In this document: one piece after another, positions 1 to 8,721 of the stretch
Layout: every line of letters begins with the position of its first letter
Numbering within the stretch: the stretch's first letter is position 1
Source of the DNA: a virus
Taxonomy: Duplodnaviria > Caudoviricetes
Virus record (IMG/VR): IMGVR_UViG_3300046786_000240
Location: 1 to 42,081 of that record
Strand: one strand, 5' to 3'
Length of the DNA: 42,081 nt
Translations under genes and position numbers: made by a program
Notes under the pieces: model-generated
What the model saw: the letters and a program-made list of their open reading frames with translations, nothing else
Database searches by the model: none
Told to the model about the DNA's origin: nothing

Positions 1-4
1 GGGG

Positions 5-11
5 AGGACCC
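5..11 (-). other. cosQ-like packaging termination signal (GGGTCCT)
   Basis: Minus strand reads CGCGGGTCCTCCCC at the contig end; GGGTCCT is the lambda cosQ heptamer; terS lies at the other end. Confidence 0.55.
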
Positions 12-26
12 GCGAGGGGGTGGGGG

Positions 27-755
27 TCAGCCCCTGCCCAGCTTGCGCTGCACCTCGGCCTCGTAGGCCTTGCGCACCTCGGCTGGCCATGCCTGCCCGA
101 AGGCCTTGGTGAGGATCTCGCGCACGGGGAACTGCGGGCGCCTGACCTTGGGGGTGGGGTCGATGGTGAACACCCGCCGGGTGCTGCGCTCCAGCGTGGA
201 GGTGCGGCTGATGAAGGCCTCCTTGCGCTCGAACACGGCCTTGATCGAGCTGCCCGGCTTGACCGGCCCGATGAAGTACTGGCCACCGCCTTGGCGTGCC
301 TGGCCAAGGATCGTGGCGTACTTGCTCAGCGAGACGTTGCCTGCTGCGTTGGTGAGGCCTGAGCCCTTGGCTGGCACCAGCACAGCGCCGGGCGCTTCAC
401 GGGCGATCTTGCTGGCCGAGAGGTCAGCGCCCTTCAGCTTCGGCGTGGTGCCCTTCACGATCGGCTGCAGGTAGCGGCCTGCGGCATTGCCGCGGCCTTG
501 GGGGTCGGAGCGGAAGCCCACCTCGGTCTCGAGGGTGTCAGGCCGTGCGAAGCGGACGTAGGTGCCGTTGAGGGTCCAGCGGGTCGGCTGATCGATGTAG
601 CGAGGGGTCTGCTGCTTCAGCTGCGCCTGGGCAGCGCGAGCAGCGCCTGTGAGCGCCCTGGAGGTGGCGAAGCGCAGGTTCTGGTCCGTGAGCAGTGCCA
701 CGCGGCTCGAGAGCCGTTGCAGGTCGCTCTGGAGGTCAATGCGGACGGTTGCCAT
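27..755 (-). CDS. Putative gpZ-like tail completion/neck protein
   Basis: Basic 242 aa ORF; N-terminal pattern LRFATSRALTGAARAAQAQL..IDQPTRWT resembles gpZ-like proteins. Confidence 0.5.
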   Translation of the reverse strand: MATVRIDLQSDLQRLSSRVALLTDQNLRFATSRALTGAARAAQAQLKQQTPRYIDQPTRWTLNGTYVRFARPDTLETEVGFRSDPQGRGNAAGRYLQPIVKGTTPKLKGADLSASKIAREAPGAVLVPAKGSGLTNAAGNVSLSKYATILGQARQGGGQYFIGPVKPGSSIKAVFERKEAFISRTSTLERSTRRVFTIDPTPKVRRPQFPVREILTKAFGQAWPAEVRKAYEAEVQRKLGRG

Positions 756-759
756 GGCT

Positions 760-1041
760 TCACCGTAAGCGGGTCCGATGGATGTAAGGCCGTTCGCTTC
801 GGATCACAAGCAGCCCATCTTCGACCCGATGCACGTGGTAGCGAGCAAATGCCCCGCGGGAGTAGCGAGCGATCCATGCGCGGATCACCGGCTCGGTGCG
901 GCCTGTGGCGTCGATGCCATCAGCCATGGGGATGAGGAACGATCCGCCCGGCTCCAAGGAGGCCAGCGGCCAATCGGGCTTGGGGTATGCCTTGCGGCCG
1001 ATCCAGACGGTGCGGCCATCGACTTCGTGGAACGTTCCCAT
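760..1041 (-). CDS. Hypothetical protein, possibly small DNA-binding
   Basis: ORF MGTFHEVDG..WPLASLEPGGSFLIP; abuts the next gene. Confidence 0.55.
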   Translation of the reverse strand: MGTFHEVDGRTVWIGRKAYPKPDWPLASLEPGGSFLIPMADGIDATGRTEPVIRAWIARYSRGAFARYHVHRVEDGLLVIRSERPYIHRTRLR

Positions 1042-1077
1042 GCAGTCACTCAGCAATACAGCAACAGGATACGGCCC

Positions 1078-1245
1078 TTGCCAACCCTGCCGACTTCACC
1101 GACCTGCGCCCTATATAGGGGTATTCCTCCCTCTCCCCTCTCCCCTTTTATACTTTATCCTATAGGTTAGAAGGTTAGATAGGTAAGAAGAAGGGAGGCG
1201 GGGCAAGGGTTTAGGCCTTGCTAACCTCATTTCAGAGGTTGGCAA
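1078..1245. other. Putative replication origin
   Basis: Largely non-coding, AT-richer stretch at the 3' end of the primase; palindromes CCCTATATAGGG (1109-1120) and CCTATAGG (1159-1166); AGGTTAG-like repeats; inverted repeat TTGCTAACCTC/GAGGTTGGCAA (1218-1245). Confidence 0.55.
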
Positions 1246-3260
1246 AACACCCATTTCTGCCTACCTTCCAACGTAATCCGCTTCTTTTGGAAACCGAGAT
1301 CACGGAGCAGCGTGGCGACCTGCATCTGGTCCGCACGGCTCTGACGCTCCACCGGCTTGCCGATCGCCTCCGTCAGAAGCAGCTCCGAGGTGATGTGCCG
1401 CTGCGCGTTCCGTGGTGCCCCGAGCCAGTCCTCAATGGCCGCTTTCCACGGGCTGTCGACCAGGTAGGTGAGGTTCTCGATGTCCACCCGCTCAGCCAGC
1501 TCCCGCGGCAGGTGGTTCGCCTCCTTGTTCCGGTAGGCGGTAACCGCTGCGCTCCAGATGGCGTCCCGCTCAAGCAGCAGCTCATCGACGGGGATCTGGC
1601 TGGGCACAGCGACGGGGATCACCCAGAAGCGGCGGTTGCCGGTGTCGTCCACCAGGAAGCCGGTGTCGCGGTTGGTGGAGCCCACGATGATCGAGCGGCG
1701 CGGGTAGTCCTCGGTGCTGCGCGCGTACGGCGCGCGGAAGGTGTCGGTCTGCTGGGTGAGGAAGGCCTTGATCTGACCGGCGTGCTTGCGGCCGGTGATG
1801 TGATCGAGCTCCGCCCACTCCATGATCCAGGAGCGGTGGAGCACCATCAGGTCATCGCGGGATGACACGTCGCGGAGCGCATCGCTGAACCAGAGGCCGC
1901 CGAGGTTGCGCCAGAAGGTGGACTTCCCGCAGCCCTGCGGCCCCATGAGGACGCAGGCCGAGTCGTGCTTGCTGCCGGGCTCAAAGACGCGGCGGACGGC
2001 AGCGATGAGCGTGGCCTTCAGCATGGCGTCGTAGAGCGTGCCGGGCTGATCTGCGGGGCGCAGGTAGGCGGTGGCGAGGTGGTCGATGTCGGTGGCGGGC
2101 ACGTGATCGGCGACGTGCTCGAGGTATTCGCGGACCGGATCGAAGGGGTTCTCGAGCGCGACCTTGTGGAGCGCATCAGCGGCGAGCTCCTTGGTTGTCT
2201 TGATGCCGTCTTCGGCGAGCTTCAGGTAGAAGTGCTCGATGTGCTCGATCGGCTTCTGCTCAAGCTCAATGCGCTGGGAGAAGACGTTCCAGCGGAGGGT
2301 GTCGCCGAGCTGCTGGCGCAGCAGGTTGATCAGCTCGAGGGAGTCGAGGCGGAGCAGCTTGGCTGTAGGCTTCTGGGTGCTGCGCTCCTGTGGCTGGACG
2401 GCGGGCCGCTCGGCTGGAGACGGGCGGCCTTTTTCGTGGCCTGCGAGATGAGCAAGGGTGCCGAGGGAGACGCCACCGGCTGCGGCATGGAAGGTGCGCC
2501 ACTTCGCTTCGCAGATGCCGGGCTCGAACTTCCCGGATGAGGCAGACCAGCTGATCCAATCTGAGAGGAGCGAGTCGTCACCGACGCTGTGAAGCGCCAT
2601 GCCGACCTTCACCCATGTGTCGTAGTCGTCAGCGTCAGCTGCTGGCACTGCGGCGAGGAAATCGCGAGCGCGCTGGCTGTCGGTGTCCGGCAGGCGGAGC
2701 AGCGGTGCGGGGTCGGGCTTGTGGCGCTGCATCTGCTGGAGCAGCAGCGAGGGTGCCTCAGCGAGGGGCAGCTCACCGGGTCCGCGACCCTTCAGCCAGC
2801 GGTAGGCGCCGGTGATCGGGTGAGCGCCTGCGACGACGGACTGGCAGCCGGACCAGCGGAGCTCGAGCTGTTCGCCCTTGATCGAGCTGCGCAGCTTCGT
2901 GGTCTTGATGGTGGACCAGAAGGGCTCGGGGACCTGGTAGATGATCTGGACGCGGGCATCACGGCCTGAGGTGACGGCCCATGATTTCGGCAGGTCGCGG
3001 AGTGGTGCGCCGATCTGCTCGAGCACCTCGGAGGCGCCGAGGCCATCGTGATCGACGAAGAGAAGGCCGCCTGATTGGGGACCGGCGATCACGCCGATCG
3101 CGACAGCACGGCCGGCGGTGATCTCGGCGGTGAGATCAGCGCGGGAGATGGGGTGCTTCTGCCACTCGGGCTGATAGGGGCGCTTGTCGTTACCGACTGC
3201 GACGAGAGCCCATGAGTCTGGGAGTTGGGAGAGCTGCTGGAGGAGGGGGTGGCTGGTCAT
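1227..3260 (-). CDS. Bifunctional Prim-Pol primase + PriCT-2 + VirE-type P-loop helicase
   Basis: N-terminal GLLFVDHDG Prim-Pol motif; DYDTWVKVGMALH PriCT-2; Walker A GPQGCGKS; RRFWVIPV VirE motif. Confidence 0.9.
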   Translation of the reverse strand: MTSHPLLQQLSQLPDSWALVAVGNDKRPYQPEWQKHPISRADLTAEITAGRAVAIGVIAGPQSGGLLFVDHDGLGASEVLEQIGAPLRDLPKSWAVTSGRDARVQIIYQVPEPFWSTIKTTKLRSSIKGEQLELRWSGCQSVVAGAHPITGAYRWLKGRGPGELPLAEAPSLLLQQMQRHKPDPAPLLRLPDTDSQRARDFLAAVPAADADDYDTWVKVGMALHSVGDDSLLSDWISWSASSGKFEPGICEAKWRTFHAAAGGVSLGTLAHLAGHEKGRPSPAERPAVQPQERSTQKPTAKLLRLDSLELINLLRQQLGDTLRWNVFSQRIELEQKPIEHIEHFYLKLAEDGIKTTKELAADALHKVALENPFDPVREYLEHVADHVPATDIDHLATAYLRPADQPGTLYDAMLKATLIAAVRRVFEPGSKHDSACVLMGPQGCGKSTFWRNLGGLWFSDALRDVSSRDDLMVLHRSWIMEWAELDHITGRKHAGQIKAFLTQQTDTFRAPYARSTEDYPRRSIIVGSTNRDTGFLVDDTGNRRFWVIPVAVPSQIPVDELLLERDAIWSAAVTAYRNKEANHLPRELAERVDIENLTYLVDSPWKAAIEDWLGAPRNAQRHITSELLLTEAIGKPVERQSRADQMQVATLLRDLGFQKKRITLEGRQKWVFCQPLK

Positions 3261-3268
3261 CCATAGAC

Positions 3269-3655
3269 CTATGAACCGTCAGAGTTTGGCGGGAAGGTTG
3301 GCAGGTTGGCAACCAGATGGTGAGCATCTGCAACAGTCCGCGCCACGCCAGCGATGCCACCAGCGGTACGGACGGCATGGAGCCAGTGGGTCTGTGCAGG
3401 CGAGAGGCGACCTGTGGCGGTCTTCACCTCCACGCTGGTGAACACGGCGATGCGCCGGCCGACCATCTCGGGGGTCACCACGAGAGTGCGCCAGCCGATC
3501 AGGTCAGCGGAACCGCGGGCAAGGCCGAAGGTGACAAGGCGCCCGGTGCGTGGATCAGGCAGGCTGCCCACCTGGTTTCGAAACAGTCGGGCATCGGGGT
3601 GCGTGCCGAGCGCGAGACGGATGCGCTGCTGCAGGTCGGTCTCGGGGTTCGCCAC
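3269..3655 (-). CDS. VRR-NUC domain nuclease
   Basis: ETDLQQRI, GSADLIG, EVKTATGRLSPAQ..W..GG motifs; GTG start next to the helicase stop. Confidence 0.85.
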   Translation of the reverse strand: MANPETDLQQRIRLALGTHPDARLFRNQVGSLPDPRTGRLVTFGLARGSADLIGWRTLVVTPEMVGRRIAVFTSVEVKTATGRLSPAQTHWLHAVRTAGGIAGVARTVADAHHLVANLPTFPPNSDGS

Positions 3656-3656
3656 A

Positions 3657-5030
3657 TCAGGCCGATCGGTTGCGCGCATTGTGGACCTTCCACGCCCATG
3701 CGGGGCTGTAGCCGCGCTGGCGTGCGATGGCCATGAGCTCGGGCAGCGTGCGGGCACGGCGGCGCTCGGCGACACGCTGGCGCACGGCCTCGCGGTGGAG
3801 CTCCTTCAGCTCACCATCGACCTGCCGCAGCTGACGCGCAGGCTGGATCGGCACCGGTGTGCCGCAGCAGGGACAGGCCGGCTGTGGTGCAAATGCAGCA
3901 AAACAGGTCTGGCATGTGCGAACGCACGGGGCTGCAGCACCAGCTGCGCGGCTGCGCTTCAGGCGATCATCCAGCGACCAGTCGCGATGATCATCGGGGA
4001 AGCCATGGCGGTGGACGTTGCCGACGTGATCGAGGATGACGGCGTGCGCCTTGCCGGGCGCCGGCCTGAGCACACGGCCGACTTGCTGCAGATAGAGGCC
4101 GAGGCTGGCGGTGGGGCGCAGCAGGATGGCGGCTTCGGCATCGGGGCAGTCGAAGCCCTCGGAGACCACATCGACGGTGACGAGGAGCTGGAGGGTGCCA
4201 GCGACGAACTGCCGCAGCAGATCGTCACGATGCTGTGTTGCTGTTGTGCCGAGCAGCGTGGCGGCTGTGATTCCTGATTCGGTGAAGGCCGCGGCCACGG
4301 AGTCTGCGTGCTTTGCAGAACAGCAAAAGGCGATCGCGCGCTTGCCTGCGCAGATTCGCAGATAGTGACTGATGGCATCACCGGTGACAGTGGGGCGATC
4401 CATGCGATCTGCTGCCTGTTCTGCTGAATAGTCCCCTGCGCGAATTGTGATTCTTGATAGGTCTGCAACAACAGGCGGCGCGAAGATGCGCGCAGGTGAG
4501 AGGTGCCCTTTTGATGTAAGGGCTGCCACCGATGGACCGAGCACCATGTGATCGAACATCTTCTGCAGGCCTTGGCCGTCGCGTCGAACGGGGGTTGCAG
4601 TAACGCCAAGGCGAAAGGCTTGCGGCCAGTGGTTGAGCACTGACGACCAGGTGCCAGCTACCGCGTGATGAGCCTCATCGATGACGATGAGATCTGGCTG
4701 CCAGTGCTGACGATGCAATCGCCTTGCGAGCGTCTGCACCGATGCAACCTGCACCGGATGATCGGCTTCCGGGTGACCAGCCGCGATCACACCATGGGGC
4801 ACGCCGGCAAGGTGCAGCTTCGCGCTGGCCTGCAGGATCAGCTCACGCCTGTGGACGAGGATCAGCACGCGGCGGCCACGATCTGCGGCGCCAGCGGTGA
4901 TCGCTGAGAAGCAGCAAGTCTTGCCACCACCGGTCGGTAGGACCAGCAGTGGAGCGCGCGCGCCTTGGCGGTAGGCAGCACGAAGGTCTGAGATCGCCTG
5001 TGATTGATAGTCGCGAAGCGTGAGACTCAT
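3657..5030 (-). CDS. Superfamily 2 (DEAH) helicase with C-terminal Zn finger
   Basis: LRDYQ, PTGGGKT, DEAHH, TATP, QQVGRVLR motifs; CxxC..CxxC. Confidence 0.92.
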   Translation of the reverse strand: MSLTLRDYQSQAISDLRAAYRQGARAPLLVLPTGGGKTCCFSAITAGAADRGRRVLILVHRRELILQASAKLHLAGVPHGVIAAGHPEADHPVQVASVQTLARRLHRQHWQPDLIVIDEAHHAVAGTWSSVLNHWPQAFRLGVTATPVRRDGQGLQKMFDHMVLGPSVAALTSKGHLSPARIFAPPVVADLSRITIRAGDYSAEQAADRMDRPTVTGDAISHYLRICAGKRAIAFCCSAKHADSVAAAFTESGITAATLLGTTATQHRDDLLRQFVAGTLQLLVTVDVVSEGFDCPDAEAAILLRPTASLGLYLQQVGRVLRPAPGKAHAVILDHVGNVHRHGFPDDHRDWSLDDRLKRSRAAGAAAPCVRTCQTCFAAFAPQPACPCCGTPVPIQPARQLRQVDGELKELHREAVRQRVAERRRARTLPELMAIARQRGYSPAWAWKVHNARNRSA

Positions 5031-5035
5031 GAGAC

Positions 5036-5090
5036 TTGACCTTGGATAGCGGGAAGGAATACCAAGGTCAGCGGCCGGATACTAGCCGGC
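5036..5090. promoter_or_regulatory. Divergent control region with 9-bp inverted repeat
   Basis: TGACCTTGG(5037-5045)-N16-CCAAGGTCA(5062-5070) overlapping a TTGACC -35-like hexamer, between divergent operons. Confidence 0.4.
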
Positions 5091-5179
5091 AGAGAGGGAA
5101 ATACTGAGAACTACTGGGGGAAGCGATGACAAGCGACGAAACGGTGGTAACTTGCGTGAGCCTTCGGGACGAACCGAAC

Positions 5180-5641
5180 ATGCCTCGACCGCGACCATTG
5201 CCGCCAATCGACCAGCTGCGGCATCTCTATGAGCTGCGCGACGGGATCCTTGTGCGCAGGGTGAGCCGCGCCAGCTTCAAGGCCGGCACTGTGCCTGGCC
5301 ACCAATCAAGCGATGGCTATTGGTCTGTAAAGATTGATGATCGCAGCTATTCGCTTCACCGGATTGTTTGGGCTGTTGCCAACGGCCAAGACCCCGGTGA
5401 AATGCAGATTGACCATATTGATGGCAATCGCTCCAACAACCGTCCAGAAAATCTTCGTTTAGCTACTCCGTCTCAGAACGCAGCCAACAGAGCAGCAAAG
5501 GGATACCACCGTGTTGGCAGCGGCTTTCAAGCTCGCATCCAACAGCAGCACATCGGTTACTTCCTAAGCGAAGAAGCTGCAGCCGATGCTTATCGCGCCG
5601 AACGTATCCGCAGGTTCGGGGAGTATGCACATGTTTCCTAA
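5180..5641 (+). CDS. Free-standing HNH homing endonuclease (HNH_3 + AP2-like C-terminus)
   Basis: LHRIVW..IDHIDGNRSNNRPENLR; HIGYF..EEAAA.AY..FGEYA; visibly lower GC. Confidence 0.88.
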   Translation: MPRPRPLPPIDQLRHLYELRDGILVRRVSRASFKAGTVPGHQSSDGYWSVKIDDRSYSLHRIVWAVANGQDPGEMQIDHIDGNRSNNRPENLRLATPSQNAANRAAKGYHRVGSGFQARIQQQHIGYFLSEEAAADAYRAERIRRFGEYAHVS

Positions 5642-6497
5642 GCGACAGCTTTCCAATGCTGACTACCACGCCTTGACCGGTGTGGTCTCTAAAAGCCACC
5701 TCGATCAGATCGCCCGCAGCCCGCTGCACTACTGGGCGCGGTATCTGGACCCGAACCGGGTGGAGCCTGAGCCGACGCCAGCGATGCGGCTCGGCACTGC
5801 GGTTCACACGCTGACGCTGGAGCCCGACAGCTGGGAGGAGCGCTACGTGACCGCGCCGCAGATCGATCGCCGCACCAAGGCCGGCAAGGAGGAGTGGGCT
5901 GCGTTCGAGGCTGAGGCCGCTGGCCGTGAGCTGATCAGCTGCGACGATCGCGCCATCATCAGCCGCATGGCCGAGGCGGTGTGGACGCACCCTGCAGCTG
6001 GTGCGCTGCTGAAGCTGAAGGGCAAGGCCGAGACCACGCACATCTGGACCGATGAGGCGACCGGGCTTGAGTGCAAGTGCCGGCCGGACTGGCTGACCGA
6101 TGACGGCAGCCTGATCGTGGACCTGAAGACCACGGAGGATGCGAGCCCGGCTGGGTTCAGGAAGTCGATCGCGAACTTTCGCTACCACGTGCAGGCGGCC
6201 TGGTATCTGCACGGCCTCGAGCAGGCCACGCCACGCCGGCCGGAGGGGTTCATCTTCATCTGCGTGGAGAAGAAGCCACCGCACGCCGTGGCGGTCTATG
6301 TGGCCGATGGCGAGATGATCGGCGCCGGCGGTGAGCGTGCGCTGCAGGATCTGGAGCGGCTGGCCGAGTGCCGCGCTGCTGGCCGGTGGCCGGGCTACAG
6401 CGAGGAGATCGAGCCGATCGGGCTGCCGGCATGGATGCGGCCGCGGCCGGATGGATCGCTGCCAGCCGGAGCGCCACCCGAGATCGAGCTCTACTGA
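5631..6497 (+). CDS. RecE/exonuclease VIII-like PD-(D/E)XK nuclease (DUF3799 type)
   Basis: YHA..SKSHL, GTAVH, CKCRPDWL, IVDLKTT, YHVQAAWY motifs; GGGGAG RBS. Confidence 0.88.
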   Translation: MFPKRQLSNADYHALTGVVSKSHLDQIARSPLHYWARYLDPNRVEPEPTPAMRLGTAVHTLTLEPDSWEERYVTAPQIDRRTKAGKEEWAAFEAEAAGRELISCDDRAIISRMAEAVWTHPAAGALLKLKGKAETTHIWTDEATGLECKCRPDWLTDDGSLIVDLKTTEDASPAGFRKSIANFRYHVQAAWYLHGLEQATPRRPEGFIFICVEKKPPHAVAVYVADGEMIGAGGERALQDLERLAECRAAGRWPGYSEEIEPIGLPAWMRPRPDGSLPAGAPPEIELY

Positions 6498-6640
6498 TGC
6501 GGATCACCTACGCAGCCATCCGCGCACCTGCAGCGGCGCTGGCCGGCGGCTGGTTCCTGACGGAGCTGTGGCCGATCACCTACTGGCCGGCGGTGGCCGG
6601 CTGCCTGTTCATCTACCTGACCTTGAGACTTCAACCATGA
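6497..6640 (+). CDS. Small membrane protein
   Basis: 47 aa hydrophobic ORF coupled by TGATG and ATGA overlaps. Confidence 0.6.
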   Translation: MRITYAAIRAPAAALAGGWFLTELWPITYWPAVAGCLFIYLTLRLQP

Positions 6641-7308
6641 GCGAACAATCGACAGGCGCACTGGTGCCCAGCAGTGGCGGCAGCGTGTTCTCCGGCATCC
6701 AGGCGTTCGAGGATGCGCAGCGGATTGCGAAGGCGCTGGCCAGCAGCACGCTGATCCCGCCGCAGTTCCAGGGGCAGCAGGGCTTCGCGAACTGCCTGGT
6801 GGCGCTGGAGATCGCCAACCGGATGCGGATGAGCCCGTTCCAGGTGATGCAGAACCTGCACATCATCCACGGCCGCCCGAGCTGGAGCAGCCAGTTCATC
6901 ATCGGCCTGATCAACGGGTGCGGCCGGTTCAGCCCGCTGCGCTACGAGATGACGGGCAGCGGCGACAGCCTGGCTTGCTACTGCGTGGCCACCGAGCACG
7001 CCAGCGGCAATGACCTGAAGGGTCCGGCCGTGAGCATGGCGATGGCGAAGAAGGAAGGCTGGGCGACGAAGAGCGGCAGCAAGTGGCAGACCATGCCCGA
7101 GCTGATGATCCGCTACCGCGCCGCGGCCTTCTGGGGTCGGCTGTACATCCCCGAGCTGCTGGTCGGCATCCAGACCGAGGAGGAGGTGGTGGACGTGGAG
7201 CCCGTCACGGTGCGCCCGGCCGTGGAGCAGCTGAACGCGAAGATCAAGCAGCCGGCGGCGGAGCCGGTTGAGGTGGTGGAGGCAAGCGATGCAGATGAAA
7301 TCTTCTGA
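6637..7308 (+). CDS. RecT/Beta-like single-strand annealing protein
   Basis: Follows RecE-like gene; NCLVALEIA..MSPFQVMQNL..IHGRP, SKWQTMPELM motifs; acidic tail. Confidence 0.8.
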   Translation: MSEQSTGALVPSSGGSVFSGIQAFEDAQRIAKALASSTLIPPQFQGQQGFANCLVALEIANRMRMSPFQVMQNLHIIHGRPSWSSQFIIGLINGCGRFSPLRYEMTGSGDSLACYCVATEHASGNDLKGPAVSMAMAKKEGWATKSGSKWQTMPELMIRYRAAAFWGRLYIPELLVGIQTEEEVVDVEPVTVRPAVEQLNAKIKQPAAEPVEVVEASDADEIF

Positions 7309-7519
7309 GCCCGGATACCTGCAGCCACGCGAGCTGGCCGCGCGATGGCGAGGTGTCGTCACGCTGAGCACGCTCGATAACTGGCGCAGCCAGAACCGCG
7401 GCCCGAGGTTCGTGAAGATCGGAGGCCGTGTCCTGTATCCCGTCGCCGAGGTAGAGGCCTACGAGGCTCGAAACCTGCGCGGGATGCCCAACAATCCACC
7501 TACCCAACCGAGACCATGA
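7289..7519 (+). CDS. Excisionase-like/AlpA-type HTH protein
   Basis: YLQPRELAARW..STLDNWR..GPRFVKIGGRVLY; GGAGG RBS. Confidence 0.75.
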   Translation: MQMKSSEPGYLQPRELAARWRGVVTLSTLDNWRSQNRGPRFVKIGGRVLYPVAEVEAYEARNLRGMPNNPPTQPRP

Positions 7520-7842
7520 GCTTCAAACTGAACCTGGCAATCTTCAAGTCCACCAAGCCCGACAGCAAGGTGGACTTCAGCGGCCGGATGAACATCAAGC
7601 CGGAGGATCTCGATGCGCTGTGCGCGTTCGTGCTGAGCCAGCCGGTTGACCAGTACGGCAGTGTCCAGGTGCCTGTCAGCGGCTGGAAGAAGCAAAGCAG
7701 CAACGGCACGGCCTACGTGAGCGCGGTGGCGCAGCCTCCCCGCGACTGGGTGCCGCCCGTCACCGCTCAGAGCGCTGCCGAGAGCCTTGCCGCGGCCACC
7801 GATGGCGTGGTGACCGAGATCACTGAGGCCGATCTGTTCTAG
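7516..7842 (+). CDS. Putative ssDNA-binding protein
   Basis: Beta-rich 108 aa ORF in the recombination operon ending in acidic-aromatic tail EADLF. Confidence 0.5.
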   Translation: MSFKLNLAIFKSTKPDSKVDFSGRMNIKPEDLDALCAFVLSQPVDQYGSVQVPVSGWKKQSSNGTAYVSAVAQPPRDWVPPVTAQSAAESLAAATDGVVTEITEADLF

Positions 7843-8044
7843 GGAAGCCCATCAGCTCGCATTCGAGGCGGGCGATCTCATTGACGGCCTGCTGCAGCAG
7901 CTGCTGCTGGTAGCAGGCCTGCTTGAGGAGAGCTGCAGCCATAGCGCCCGCATCCTTGCTTGCCAGCAGGGTGCGGGCTTGTTTTTCGATCTCAAACTGT
8001 TGCTCTGGCGATAGCTCCACCGCCATCCACTGTCCGAAGTTCAC
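7820..8044 (-). CDS. NblA-like helical hairpin protein (putative phycobilisome degradation adaptor)
   Basis: ELSPEQQFEIEKQARTLL matches the NblA LSLEQQF motif; two-helix size of about 70 aa; GTG 8044 or ATG 8026 start. Confidence 0.5.
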   Translation of the reverse strand: MNFGQWMAVELSPEQQFEIEKQARTLLASKDAGAMAAALLKQACYQQQLLQQAVNEIARLECELMGFPRTDRPQ

Positions 8045-8080
8045 TGTGCCATAGTGGCGGGGTACAGGTTCAGGATACCT

Positions 8081-8314
8081 ATGGAGTGCCCACGCTGCGG
8101 TAGCGGTGAGATCAGGGCGATTGCAACGAACGGGAAGCAGCCTGACAAGGTGACCCGCCAGCGGAGGTGCGTGGACTGCCGCCATACCTGGTACACAGTC
8201 GAGCTGCCGGTGAGCCTGGTGGCGATCGGCTGGACGCGCACACCCGGCAGCAAAAAGAGCGTGCCCGTTCTACGTGTGCCTGTGGAGCTGGCGGTCGGCA
8301 GCAACGCAGTGTGA
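8081..8314 (+). CDS. NrdR-like zinc-ribbon protein lacking the ATP cone
   Basis: MECPRCGS..TRQRRCVDCRHTWYTVE matches the NrdR N-terminal Zn ribbon pattern. Confidence 0.7.
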   Translation: MECPRCGSGEIRAIATNGKQPDKVTRQRRCVDCRHTWYTVELPVSLVAIGWTRTPGSKKSVPVLRVPVELAVGSNAV

Positions 8315-8361
8315 AGAACTGTCACAGCGGTTAGCAGGGTGACCCGTCGGCGGGGCATACT
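8306..8361 (+). promoter_or_regulatory. Putative promoter with palindrome TGTGA-N7-TCACA and -10 CATACT
   Basis: Palindrome at 8310-8326; -10-like hexamer 8356-8361 upstream of the small-ORF cluster. Confidence 0.4.
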
Positions 8362-8395
8362 TAGGGGACGCCCAACCGGGCACCGCAACACACCC

Positions 8396-8590
8396 ATGCT
8401 CACCGCAACCCTGCTGGTGATCTGGAAGCTGATCCTGCCGCTGCTGTTCGTAGTGGCAGTGATCGACTGGCTCACTGCCTCCGAAACCCGTCGCGTTCGC
8501 GTCCTGCGTCGCACGGGTCTCAGCCAGCGACAGATCGCCACCCGCCTCAACCTCACCCGCTATCGCGTCCGCCAAGCGCTCGCATCATGA
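8396..8590 (+). CDS. Membrane-anchored HTH protein
   Basis: Hydrophobic N-terminus followed by GLSQRQIATRLNLTRYRV HTH. Confidence 0.65.
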   Translation: MLTATLLVIWKLILPLLFVVAVIDWLTASETRRVRVLRRTGLSQRQIATRLNLTRYRVRQALAS

Positions 8591-8721
8591 TCAACCGCAT
8601 CAACAACGCCATCTGCCTGCTGATCGTGGCCTCCGTGTTCGCCATGATCGGCATTGAGTCCGGCGCACACCACGGCACCAACCACACCGGCACGCAGTCC
8701 TACGTGGAGGTGCGGAAGTGA
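8587..8721 (+). CDS. Small membrane peptide
   Basis: MINRINNAICLLIVASVFAMIGIESG; ATGA and GTGA overlaps. Confidence 0.6.
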   Translation: MINRINNAICLLIVASVFAMIGIESGAHHGTNHTGTQSYVEVRK

